This document shows, in pieces, positions 35,054 through 43,150 of a DNA stretch of 64,000 nucleotides (the first letter of the stretch is position 1; each line of letters starts with the position of its first letter). The notes under the pieces are model-generated. The model was given only the letters and a program-made list of their open reading frames with translations. It did not search any database and was not told the origin of the DNA. The DNA comes from an uncultured bacterium (lineage in GTDB: Bacteria > Bacillota > Clostridia > Christensenellales > Pumilibacteraceae), in contig CATKCE010000135.1 of the NCBI GenBank assembly GCA_949744905.1, positions 15,888-79,887 of the forward strand, in the 5' to 3' direction. The position numbers were made by a program, and so were the translations under genes.

Positions 35054-35215
35054 TTATATACTGCCGTAATACGCCGTAAGAATGCCGCCCACGTTTTCGG
35101 CTCTGCTTGCTGTATGTTCTCTATATTGTTCTTTCAGCGAGAGATTAGAAACGATATACACAGTATCATAATATATATTTGCAGTAAATGCGTTTGCACT
35201 TTTGATATCAGACAT
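35054..35215 (-). CDS. possible small ORF (53 aa) divergent from XRE gene
   Basis: AGGAG SD 6 nt before the ATG. MSDIKSANAFTANIYYDTVYIVSNLSLKEQYREHTASRAENVGGILTAYYGSI. No family recognised. It is below the ORF-track cutoff. Confidence 0.3.
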   Translation of the reverse strand: MSDIKSANAFTANIYYDTVYIVSNLSLKEQYREHTASRAENVGGILTAYYGSI

Positions 35216-35300
35216 ATAAAACTCCTAATAATTGACTATCATTCTATTATATTGCTTGTCAGTAATTAGTCGAACAGTTTAATTGACTTAAAATGTAATT

Positions 35301-35507
35301 ATGAGATTTTCTGATTTCGGTGTTAATTTAGCTAAAATAAGAATAAAGTCGGGAATATCGGCTTATGAGTTAAGTTTGCGTATTGATAAAGACACAAGTT
35401 ATATTCATAAGGTTGAGTGTGGAAAAATCAATATAAGTTTGAAATCAATATTGAAAATATGCGAAGTGTTAAATATCGAGCCTATTGAATTGTTTAAGTC
35501 TGAATAA
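35301..35507 (+). CDS. XRE-family HTH protein (68 aa)
   Basis: FGVNLAKIRIKSGISAYELSLRIDKDTSYIHKVECGKINISLKSILKICEVLNIEPIELF is a canonical Cro/CI-type HTH. The context is very AT-rich. Confidence 0.75.
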   Translation: MRFSDFGVNLAKIRIKSGISAYELSLRIDKDTSYIHKVECGKINISLKSILKICEVLNIEPIELFKSE

Positions 35508-35887
35508 TTATTGTAAAAAGAACCGTCGTCAACAACGAGGGTTCTTTCGTTGTTAAAAGTTAGAATATGACAAAAAATATTCAATGTAACAATATAAAAT
35601 CTGTTATTCTATTTTTATAAAGCTCATTATTAAAAATTGACTAACTAAAACAATACAGTCCGGTTGTTTGTGTTAGCTTTTTTTTATTTATGGGCTATTT
35701 CACCCCGCTGGCGTATTGCACGCTGTCGGGGCTTTTTTATATACGGCAAAAACTGCCGACAGCGATTTTTCAAACAAAAAATCAAATACGTTTTTGCGGG
35801 TAATTCGACAACGGCAATTCCATCACGCAATAAAACTCATGCCGGTTTACTTTGAATATTTGGGTGTGCGTTTTTGCCGCTTTCACT

Positions 35888-35895
35888 CCCCCCCC
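35888..35895. repeat. C8 homopolymer tract in gene-free AT-rich DNA
   Basis: tttcactCCCCCCCCgcacg, followed by a 10-bp inverted repeat ATACGCACAC-n9-GTGTGCGTAT plus a T-rich run (35907-35945). Confidence 0.8.
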
Positions 35896-36174
35896 GCACG
35901 AGACGTATACGCACACTTATGCACGGTGTGCGTATTTCTTTTATATCATAAACAGCGCTTTATTTTATGAAAAGTCTGCGCGCGGACCTTTTTTAAAACA
36001 AGGCTTTAAAGTATTTTCCTTCGCTACTTTCTTTTTGGGCGATTGTTTTCGGTATTTGTGTGGTCTTATTCCATTTAAGAAATTGTTTATCCGCTTTTAC
36101 TGTGTAATATATGATTGAAAAACGCATTAGTTTGTGATATAATTATCTTACACTAAATTCGGACGGAAAGTAAA

Positions 36175-36384
36175 ATGCCTTACATAAAAATAGAAAGCGG
36201 AAAGTTATCCGACGAGCAAAAAACGTTGCTTATCAAACGCATAACGGAAATATCGGCGGAAATAATGAATGTTCCGCAAGAGTTTTTTACCACTACTATT
36301 ACGGAACTGCCCGATAAAAATTTCGGTATCGGCGGAAAGACTATCGATATCGTAAAAAGCAATTATAAAAACAATAAAAATTAG
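36175..36384 (+). CDS. 4-oxalocrotonate tautomerase family enzyme
   Basis: 69 aa. The N-terminal MPYIKIE (Pro-1 after Met removal) is typical of the tautomerase superfamily. Confidence 0.78.
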   Translation: MPYIKIESGKLSDEQKTLLIKRITEISAEIMNVPQEFFTTTITELPDKNFGIGGKTIDIVKSNYKNNKN

Positions 36385-36813
36385 ATGATACTAATGCAAA
36401 TCAGAGAAAAAATAATAAGACAATGGTTTGATATGCGGTTGCGGCAAAAAGATACGGGTATTAATAATATTTTTACCGAAAACGCTGCATATATCGAAAG
36501 TTGGGGTCCGCAATATACGGGTAGCGACAAAATCAAGCATTGGTTCGACGAATGGAATACTCGCGGCAAAGTTCTGGTTTGCGATATAAAACAATGCTTT
36601 CACAAAGAAAATCAAACGATCGTGGAATGGTTTTTCGAAGATAAAATGCACGACGGTAAAGAAGAACGTTTTGACGGTATATCTCTAATTAAATGGACTG
36701 ACGACAATAAGATCTGTCTGCTTAAAGAGTTCGGTTGCAATATCGACCGTTACGACCCATACGATGAAGGCTTATTGCTCAAATTCAAAAACAATAAACA
36801 GTTTGGTTTTTAA
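36385..36813 (+). CDS. SnoaL-like / NTF2-family protein
   Basis: 142 aa. The start abuts the tautomerase stop. The pattern F..NA.Y.ESWGP...G...I..WF resembles SnoaL-like folds. Confidence 0.65.
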   Translation: MILMQIREKIIRQWFDMRLRQKDTGINNIFTENAAYIESWGPQYTGSDKIKHWFDEWNTRGKVLVCDIKQCFHKENQTIVEWFFEDKMHDGKEERFDGISLIKWTDDNKICLLKEFGCNIDRYDPYDEGLLLKFKNNKQFGF

Positions 36814-36964
36814 AATTCATTTTATTATCTCCTCTCTCGCCAAATCAAAAGACGCGCCTTAACAGCGCGTTTTTTACATTGCAATCGGAAAGGATCGCAT
36901 AACGGCGCCAACTGAATCGCTTATTAAAGTAACCGTTACAGCGCTTGCCGTTATTTCGCACAGC

Positions 36965-37726
36965 TTATTGCTTTTTTGCAACCGTCATATAGTCATAATT
37001 TTTTATTGTTTTATGCCACGGGCGGACATTGTCAAGCCAACCTTGATCATGCCAATACTTTGCGTCGGTATAGTCGGAATTATTTCCGTACAATTTTTTT
37101 TGTATCAGTCTGCATAACAAAAATTTAAATTTCGTGACAAAGTTTGTATGCGCGGGTCTCGAGTAATCGATTTTGAAAAACCTGTATGAAAGTCCGTCGA
37201 TCTTTTTCAAAAATTTGCGGCGGCGTTTTTCCGGTAGATCGGTCCACTCTATCCCGCTTAAAAGCGCGCCTGTAAATACGCCGATCTTCGATATTCCCCA
37301 CCACGACAAACTGTGTTTAATGTCTTTTGCGGCGGACCTTGCTCCGGCGCCGAGACACTGTGTGATGATCACGGCGCGTTTTCCGAACATTTCGGAAGCC
37401 GGGCGGTGCGACATCCACCTGTATGCAAAGCGGTCCAAAAACGATTTCATGGCGCCGGGGACGTGCATAACGTAAGCGGGAGACGCCATAACTATCAAAT
37501 CGGCTGTAAGAAGAGATCTTTCTATGCTTTGTATATAAGTAAAATCTTTACAGGTCTCCTCTCCTTTTGCGCAACAGCTTGCGCAACCCGCGCAAAAACC
37601 CGGACAATCTTTCGGCAAATAGTATTCCGTAATATCCGCGGTCGTCTTAAAACGTTCTAAAAACTTTTCCTTTAATTTATAAGTAACGCCGCGTTTTTCC
37701 GTCCCGTTTATAACAGTGATCTTCAT
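36965..37726 (-). CDS. flavodoxin-like fold NAD(P)H-dependent oxidoreductase (iron-sulfur flavoprotein-like Cys cluster)
   Basis: MKITVINGTEKRGVTY..., the CPGFCAGCASCC cluster, and ADLIVMASPAYVMHVPGAMKSFLDR. Confidence 0.72.
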   Translation of the reverse strand: MKITVINGTEKRGVTYKLKEKFLERFKTTADITEYYLPKDCPGFCAGCASCCAKGEETCKDFTYIQSIERSLLTADLIVMASPAYVMHVPGAMKSFLDRFAYRWMSHRPASEMFGKRAVIITQCLGAGARSAAKDIKHSLSWWGISKIGVFTGALLSGIEWTDLPEKRRRKFLKKIDGLSYRFFKIDYSRPAHTNFVTKFKFLLCRLIQKKLYGNNSDYTDAKYWHDQGWLDNVRPWHKTIKNYDYMTVAKKQ

Positions 37727-38301
37727 GCCTGCATCCCCAGAATATCCAGCAACATTTGTCTGTAATAATTTTTACGCATAGCTGCGTCGCGCAGATCCAC
37801 TCCTTGCGACAATAGTATCATATCGCTTCTTAAAAACGCCTGCTGCATGGTCGTTATAAGACAATAAGTCATTCGCTTTACTTTGCCTTCATCCCAATCC
37901 GGACGGCAAGCCGATACAAGCGGAAGATACGCCGAATACGTTCTGTGCGTATTGTCGTCCGCTTTGGGAGACTGCATATCGGTAAGTATAGAAATTTTAG
38001 ACACCGCATAGCGGTCGAACAAAAAGTCAAACGTTATATTTCCGAGATATTCGAGTTTTTCAAACGACGTAAAATCTTTCGTATGTTCGCTGATCTCGGC
38101 AAATTTTTTCACGATTTCGTTTATTATCTTTTCAACGCACAAAGAGATCAAATTGTCTTTGTTTTCAAAATAGTAATTTACAAGTCCCAGCCCGACGTTC
38201 GCTTTTTTGCAAATTTCACGAACAGTGATAAAATCCATCCGCTCTCCCTTTTCTTCTATCAAATCAATAGTCGCCTGTATTATCGCTTCTTTGCCGTCCA
38301 T
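37723..38301 (-). CDS. TetR/AcrR family transcriptional regulator
   Basis: I chose the start at MDGKEAIIQATIDLIEEKG...ITVREICKKANVGLGLVNYYFENKDNL (GGAGGAG SD). It overlaps the downstream oxidoreductase by 4 nt (ATGA). Confidence 0.85.
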   Translation of the reverse strand: MDGKEAIIQATIDLIEEKGERMDFITVREICKKANVGLGLVNYYFENKDNLISLCVEKIINEIVKKFAEISEHTKDFTSFEKLEYLGNITFDFLFDRYAVSKISILTDMQSPKADDNTHRTYSAYLPLVSACRPDWDEGKVKRMTYCLITTMQQAFLRSDMILLSQGVDLRDAAMRKNYYRQMLLDILGMQA

Positions 38302-38537
38302 AGATCTCCTCCGTTGAACATTGTTCAATAATATTATACAAGAGTCCGTTAGAAATGTCAAGCGGTTTTTGAACATTGTTCAATGCGTTTTTCCGCCGGT
38401 ACACATATAGCGAAAAAATTTTTCACGGCATCGGAATAAGATAATTTGTTGTGGCAATACTCTTTTCGGAGACAAAAATATTAAAGGAGAATTGCGCGGG
38501 GCACCGTCTCCTAACGCCGCCGAGCATATATCGCAAA

Positions 38538-38993
38538 ATGAAACTTAATCAAAAAGAAACTCAACTTATCACCGAGCTGAAAAATCAAGAGGAACTTTGC
38601 CTGCAAAAATACAATTTTTATGCCAAGCAAGCAAAAGACCCCGAATTGAAAAGCCTGTTCAGAAAGATATCCAAACACGAGCAGAACCATTACGACATGC
38701 TCACCGAACTTACAAACGGCACGGTGCCGCACATAAGAACCAAATCGCCCACCGCCGTAAAATACGAGCCGAAAGCCACTCATCCCGGCGACCAGGCATG
38801 CAAAGACTTTGACAAATTTTTGTGCACAGACGTGATCGCTACCGAAAAATACGTAGCCACAACGTACAATAACGACCTGTTTTACTTTGCGTCGCCCGAA
38901 GTCCGCAACGTATTGAACGCAATAATGACCGACGAACAAAATCATGCCGAAATGATTTGGAAGTATAAAGTCGCAAACAAAATGGCGGCGTAA
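38538..38993 (+). CDS. spore coat protein CotF-like (Coat_F domain)
   Basis: Two-helix repeats with EQNHYDML and DEQNHAEMIW motifs. The start is uncertain because no clear SD is seen. Confidence 0.7.
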   Translation: MKLNQKETQLITELKNQEELCLQKYNFYAKQAKDPELKSLFRKISKHEQNHYDMLTELTNGTVPHIRTKSPTAVKYEPKATHPGDQACKDFDKFLCTDVIATEKYVATTYNNDLFYFASPEVRNVLNAIMTDEQNHAEMIWKYKVANKMAA

Positions 38994-39072
38994 ACTTAAT
39001 AAAAGACACATAACAGGACCGCGACGATCGCCGCGGTCCTGCTCTTTTTTATTTGCACTTTGCATACGGAAC

Positions 39073-39411
39073 TTACTTATTTTTGGACCTGCCGCCGTCG
39101 CTTGAAACCGCTTCCGCTATATTGCGGTTGCCGTCCTGTTGCCGAGCTTCGGCGCCGCGCTTAGATCCGACCGGAGCGGCTCCGTTTTTAACTTCTTTTT
39201 CAGCCTGTTCAACGTCGGAAAAATCATTTACGTAAACGCTGTTGTCCTTTAATATGGAAACGATCTTATTTCTGTACTCGACGAATTCGGCGTTTTTTGA
39301 CGCTTTATCCGTACCGTCGGAACCGTTGCCGCATGCTGCAAGACCGAACAAACATGCGCAAACAACAGCGCAAACAATGGCGAATACCGTAAATCTGCTC
39401 TTTGTTTTCAT
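39073..39411 (-). CDS. hypothetical small lipoprotein
   Basis: Signal peptide plus lipobox (LAACGN), 112 aa, GGAGGG SD. Confidence 0.65.
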   Translation of the reverse strand: MKTKSRFTVFAIVCAVVCACLFGLAACGNGSDGTDKASKNAEFVEYRNKIVSILKDNSVYVNDFSDVEQAEKEVKNGAAPVGSKRGAEARQQDGNRNIAEAVSSDGGRSKNK

Positions 39412-39431
39412 TTCTTACCCTCCGTTATATG

Positions 39432-39600
39432 AAAAAAGTGCGTCCCGCATAGAGACGCACGAAAAACGCACGCTCTCTATGTTGCCACACATCTTTCCAT
39501 CCGAAAGTCGAGGGAGTACGTTTTACCGAAATACTCTCTTTCGGACATATATTAAGGTGTGCGGCAACATCAATATAACATATTAACGGAAAAAATCAAT
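39432..39600 (-). promoter_or_regulatory. promoter (TTGATT-16-TATATT) + long nested hairpin leader + intrinsic terminator upstream of the lipoprotein gene
   Basis: The long-range helix is GTTGCCGCACAC / GTGTGGCAAC (39557-39568 / 39481-39490). It encloses TCCGAAAG...CTTTCGGA. Then comes the terminator GTGCGTCtctatgcggGACGCACTTTTTT (39432-39460), just before the SD. Confidence 0.45.
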
Positions 39601-39627
39601 AAAAATCGGCAAACAGGAAAGACGACT

Positions 39628-40818
39628 TTATCCGCGTAAAAACCACTCCTTCATTACGCCGAGCACCGTACGAAGTTGCTCCTCTTGTATAACGTACGGT
39701 ACGGCGGCGTACATTATGTTTCCGAACGGACGGTTGAACACGCCCCGCGATACTGCGTAATCCGCAAAGCCTTTTAAAACGGCGGGATCGTATACTTCTA
39801 TACACGCACATCCGCCGGCAACGCGAACTTCCTTTATACGTTCGTCTACGAGTCCCGACAATTCTTCCTGCTGTATCTCTTCTATACGCCGTATCTTGTC
39901 CGTATAAGTCTGTTCTTCAAACAACTTTATCGACGCGAGAGCGACGCCGCAAGCCAGCGCGTTGCCCATAAAAGTGGGACCGTGCATAAATCCGAGACGC
40001 GGATCGTCTCCGTAAAAACCGTTGTAAACCCTGCGGTTTGCCACGGTGACGGCGTGCCCGATATATCCGCCGGTAAGCGCCTTGCCGAGAACGAGAATAT
40101 CCGGCAGAACTTTGTCCGCAACGAAACGGTTGCCGGTGCGCCCGAAACCCGTCGCCACCTCGTCGAATATAAGCAGTACGTCGTGCTTGTCGCACAGCGC
40201 TCTGGCGCGATGTAAAAATTCCTCGCCGTACATTTTCATGCCTCCCGCTCCCTGCAACAGCGGCTCGACTATCATGCAGTATAGTTCGTCCCCGTGCGCG
40301 TCGAACGCGGCTTGTAAAGCGTCGACTTTGGTAGGGATATGTATAACTCCGCGCTTTGTAGGAAACGCAAAGTGGTAATCTTCGTCGTCGCCCACCTCCA
40401 TCGCCTTGAACGTATCGCCGTGATACGCGTTTTTAAGCGCAAGCACAGTGTTTCTTCCGCTGCCGCGGTTGACGTTGTACTGCAACGCCATTTTCAGCGC
40501 GACTTCCACCGCCACGCTTCCCGAATCGGAATAAAAGCAATAGTCAAGGTCGCCTGGCAACCAATCGGCAAGTTTTTCGGTAAGTTCAAGCACGGGATCG
40601 TGCGTAAGACCTCCCAACATTACGTGCGCGAATTTTTCGAGTTGTCTCGTCACCGCCGCGTTAAGCACGGGATGGTTGTATCCGTGTATCGCACTCCACC
40701 ACGACGAAACCGAGTCTATGAGCCTGCCTTTACCGGTATATAAAAACACTCCGTCTGCTTTCTCTACTTTTATAGGCTCGGGCATAGTCTTCATCTGCGT
40801 ATAAGGGTACCAAATCAT
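39628..40818 (-). CDS. bioA: adenosylmethionine-8-amino-7-oxononanoate aminotransferase
   Basis: I chose the start at MIWYPYTQMK (AAGGAGA SD). This is a class-III aminotransferase in bio operon context. Confidence 0.9.
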   Translation of the reverse strand: MIWYPYTQMKTMPEPIKVEKADGVFLYTGKGRLIDSVSSWWSAIHGYNHPVLNAAVTRQLEKFAHVMLGGLTHDPVLELTEKLADWLPGDLDYCFYSDSGSVAVEVALKMALQYNVNRGSGRNTVLALKNAYHGDTFKAMEVGDDEDYHFAFPTKRGVIHIPTKVDALQAAFDAHGDELYCMIVEPLLQGAGGMKMYGEEFLHRARALCDKHDVLLIFDEVATGFGRTGNRFVADKVLPDILVLGKALTGGYIGHAVTVANRRVYNGFYGDDPRLGFMHGPTFMGNALACGVALASIKLFEEQTYTDKIRRIEEIQQEELSGLVDERIKEVRVAGGCACIEVYDPAVLKGFADYAVSRGVFNRPFGNIMYAAVPYVIQEEQLRTVLGVMKEWFLRG

Positions 40819-40831
40819 ACCGATTTCTCCT

Positions 40832-41500
40832 TCATCCGTATAAAAACCGGGGATCCGCGGGAAGATCCCGCGCATCGGGCTGAACCCGCATGATTTCGTT
40901 TATCCCCGTCAACTTTTCTATCATTACGGCGTTATCTTCACATACTTCGTCGCCGGCGATAAACTTGTTTAACACGATCGCGTTTACTTTAAGATCCCGG
41001 GCGCGCATATATTCCGCGGTAAGCGCGACCGCGTTTATCGCGCCCAATCCCGCGTCCGATACTATCACGCACGGCAAGCCGAGCGCGCGTATCACGTCTG
41101 TAAGATAAAGTTCGCAACCGTCGTACCTTAGCGGACACACTATGCCCCCGCTCCCCTCCGCGGTCACGTGATCGAACTTTCTTTCAAGCGCGCGGTAACA
41201 TGCCGCAATGTGCTCCAAGTTTACCGCGTTGCCTTCGATTTTTGCGGCGAGATGCGGCGAATACGCATTTTCGTACACATAAGGGCACATTTCTTCCATG
41301 GATTGCTCTATGCCCGCCGTCTTTTTTACGTAAGCGGCGTCGCCGGGGATAAGTTTTCCGTCCGTTTTAACGTTTCCGCTCATTGCCGCTTTGAAGTATG
41401 CCGAACTTCCGTGCTTTTTCATCGCCTTTGCCAGCAAAGCCGAAACGTAAGTCTTGCCGACATCGGTGCCGGTCCCCACTACAAAAACGCCTTTACCCAT
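40832..41500 (-). CDS. bioD: dethiobiotin synthase
   Basis: MGKGVFVVGTGTDVGKTYVS P-loop, 222 aa. Confidence 0.9.
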   Translation of the reverse strand: MGKGVFVVGTGTDVGKTYVSALLAKAMKKHGSSAYFKAAMSGNVKTDGKLIPGDAAYVKKTAGIEQSMEEMCPYVYENAYSPHLAAKIEGNAVNLEHIAACYRALERKFDHVTAEGSGGIVCPLRYDGCELYLTDVIRALGLPCVIVSDAGLGAINAVALTAEYMRARDLKVNAIVLNKFIAGDEVCEDNAVMIEKLTGINEIMRVQPDARDLPADPRFLYG

Positions 41501-42461
41501 ACGTTTTTACCTCGTAGCCGAGTTTTCCGAGCATGGCTTTATCGGCAGAGACGCTCACTCCGTCGGTAGTGAGCATGTTGCCGGTAATGCAGGCGTTTGC
41601 TCCCGACTTGAAACAAGCCTCTCCTTTATCCGGCATCAATCTTCTGCCGCCGGCAAGTCTTATCGCCGCGTCGGGAAGAATAAACCGGAAAAGCGCGACG
41701 GTGCGGAGTTTTTCGCCTTCGGAAAGCGGCGCATTATCGGAAAACGGCGTTCCCGGCACCGGATAAAGAAAATTCACCGGAACCGAACGCACCTCCGCCG
41801 CGCGCAACGATAAAGCCATGTCGATACGGTCGGCAACGCTCTCCCCGAGCCCTATAATGCCGCCGCTGCAAATTTCCAGTCCCGCGTTTTTCGCCGCGGA
41901 TATTGCCGCTATTTTATCCCCGTACGTATGAGTCGTACACACCTGCGGAAAAAAGCGCGCCGACGTTTCCAGATTGCAATGCGCACGGCTCACGCCGGCG
42001 GACTTTAACGCCGAAAACTGCTCCGCGGACAAAAGCCCCGCCGATACGCAAACCGATATTCCGACGCGCTCGCGCACGGCGCGCACTATACCGCACAGTT
42101 TATCGGTTTCCTCCCAGCACAACCTGCGTCCCGACGTTACGATCGAAAACCGCAGTATGCCGCTATTTGCCGCAGCCTGCGCCTCTTGCAACACGGTTTC
42201 TTCCGCAAGCAACGGATATTGTTCGGCGACCGTCCCGTAAAACGACGATTGCGCGCAGAACTTACAGTCTTCGCCGCATTTTCCGCTTTTGGCGTTTATT
42301 ATACAGCACAGATCAAACGCGTCGCCGCAAAACCGTTTTCTTATATCGTCGGCGGCCTCGCACAACTGCCTCAGCGGCGCGCGGCTCAGCTCGAACGCAT
42401 CCTCTCTTGATATCCGCCGTCCCGCAAAAACTTTGCTGCGTAATTTTTCCACCGTATTCAC
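41493..42461 (-). CDS. bioB: biotin synthase (radical SAM)
   Basis: CGEDCKFCAQS is the CxxxCxxC motif. I chose the GTG start at 42461 (GGGGGG upstream), overlapping the bioY stop as GTGA. The 452-aa ORF-track version overlaps bioY. Confidence 0.9.
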   Translation of the reverse strand: MNTVEKLRSKVFAGRRISREDAFELSRAPLRQLCEAADDIRKRFCGDAFDLCCIINAKSGKCGEDCKFCAQSSFYGTVAEQYPLLAEETVLQEAQAAANSGILRFSIVTSGRRLCWEETDKLCGIVRAVRERVGISVCVSAGLLSAEQFSALKSAGVSRAHCNLETSARFFPQVCTTHTYGDKIAAISAAKNAGLEICSGGIIGLGESVADRIDMALSLRAAEVRSVPVNFLYPVPGTPFSDNAPLSEGEKLRTVALFRFILPDAAIRLAGGRRLMPDKGEACFKSGANACITGNMLTTDGVSVSADKAMLGKLGYEVKTYG

Positions 42462-43015
42462 AGCCCGACCCCCCTTTTGCTTTTTACGAGCACCGGATAC
42501 AGACGTTTTGCGACTACCGCCGATAAAAAGCACAAAAATATATCGCCGGGGACCGCAAGCACGAAACAATATAAAAACAACGCCCCTATCCCTATTCCGG
42601 TTTGAGTGTAAAACGTGCAAATAATCCAATAGTACAACATCCCGGCGGCGTATACTATGACAAGCCCCGCAAAACACGCCGCAAGCAGCCGTAAAAACGA
42701 CGGCTGTTGTGCACGGCGCGCCACCGTCCCGGTAACAATCGTTCCCATCAAAAAGCCTATAAGATAGCCGAAAGTGGGATTCAGAACATAAAAAATGCCT
42801 CCGCCCTCGCTGAAAACCGGTAGTCCTATTAGGCCGAGTATCAAATAGCAAAGCACGCTTACCGCCCCGCGTTTCGGCCCCAGTATAAGCCCCGCCAGAG
42901 TCGTAAAAAGAAACTGTAAAGTAAAAGGAACTACAGGGATCGGTATTTTTATAAAAGCGCCCGCCGCAATCAAAGCGGCGAATAACGCCGTCAGCGCAAG
43001 ATCCTTGGTCTTCAA
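42458..43015 (-). CDS. bioY: biotin transporter BioY (ECF S-component)
   Basis: LTALFAALIAAGAFIKIPIPVVPFTLQFLFTTLAGLILGPKRG is the typical BioY pattern. I chose the TTG start at 43015 (GAGAGG SD) because the promoter and operator occupy 43015-43080. The alternative GTG at 43057 lies inside the promoter. Confidence 0.82.
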   Translation of the reverse strand: MKTKDLALTALFAALIAAGAFIKIPIPVVPFTLQFLFTTLAGLILGPKRGAVSVLCYLILGLIGLPVFSEGGGIFYVLNPTFGYLIGFLMGTIVTGTVARRAQQPSFLRLLAACFAGLVIVYAAGMLYYWIICTFYTQTGIGIGALFLYCFVLAVPGDIFLCFLSAVVAKRLYPVLVKSKRGVGL

Positions 43016-43047
43016 TTGTAAACCTCTCAATAATTTTAGTTTACAAT
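43015..43047. promoter_or_regulatory. BirA operator (bioO) candidate: perfect inverted repeat ATTGTAAAC-n15-GTTTACAAT
   Basis: It lies immediately downstream of the minus-strand promoter TTGACA-17-TATCCT (43048-43076). The half-site TGTAAAC matches the known BirA-site type in Firmicutes. Confidence 0.65.
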
Positions 43048-43150
43048 AGGATAACACACGAGCGCCGCATTGTCAACTTCATTTCATCAATGCTTTACAA
43101 TATGAAAGCGGCGTGATATAATGTAAAAAAACCGACGGAGATCCTCTTAC

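Noticed and set aside
35664-36118. Three overlapping plus-strand ORFs (63, 84 and 88 aa) in the AT-rich gap. I also read a 44-aa minus-strand frame, MRFSIIYYTVKADKQ....
   Set aside because: The frames are mutually exclusive, lack SDs, and have aromatic/Cys-rich composition typical of random AT-rich DNA. They are kept only as context for the C8-tract finding.
34808-39627. An active integrative element at the tmRNA gene (integrase plus attL/attR).
   Set aside because: There is no integrase/recombinase-like ORF, and I could find no repeat of the ssrA 3' end by eye. It is reported only as a decayed islet.
41493-42851. 452-aa version of the bioB ORF, extending ~130 codons upstream.
   Set aside because: The extension overlaps bioY in another frame and looks like junk (C/R/F-rich). 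A GTG with a G-rich SD at 42461 gives a normal 322-aa BioB coupled to the bioY stop.
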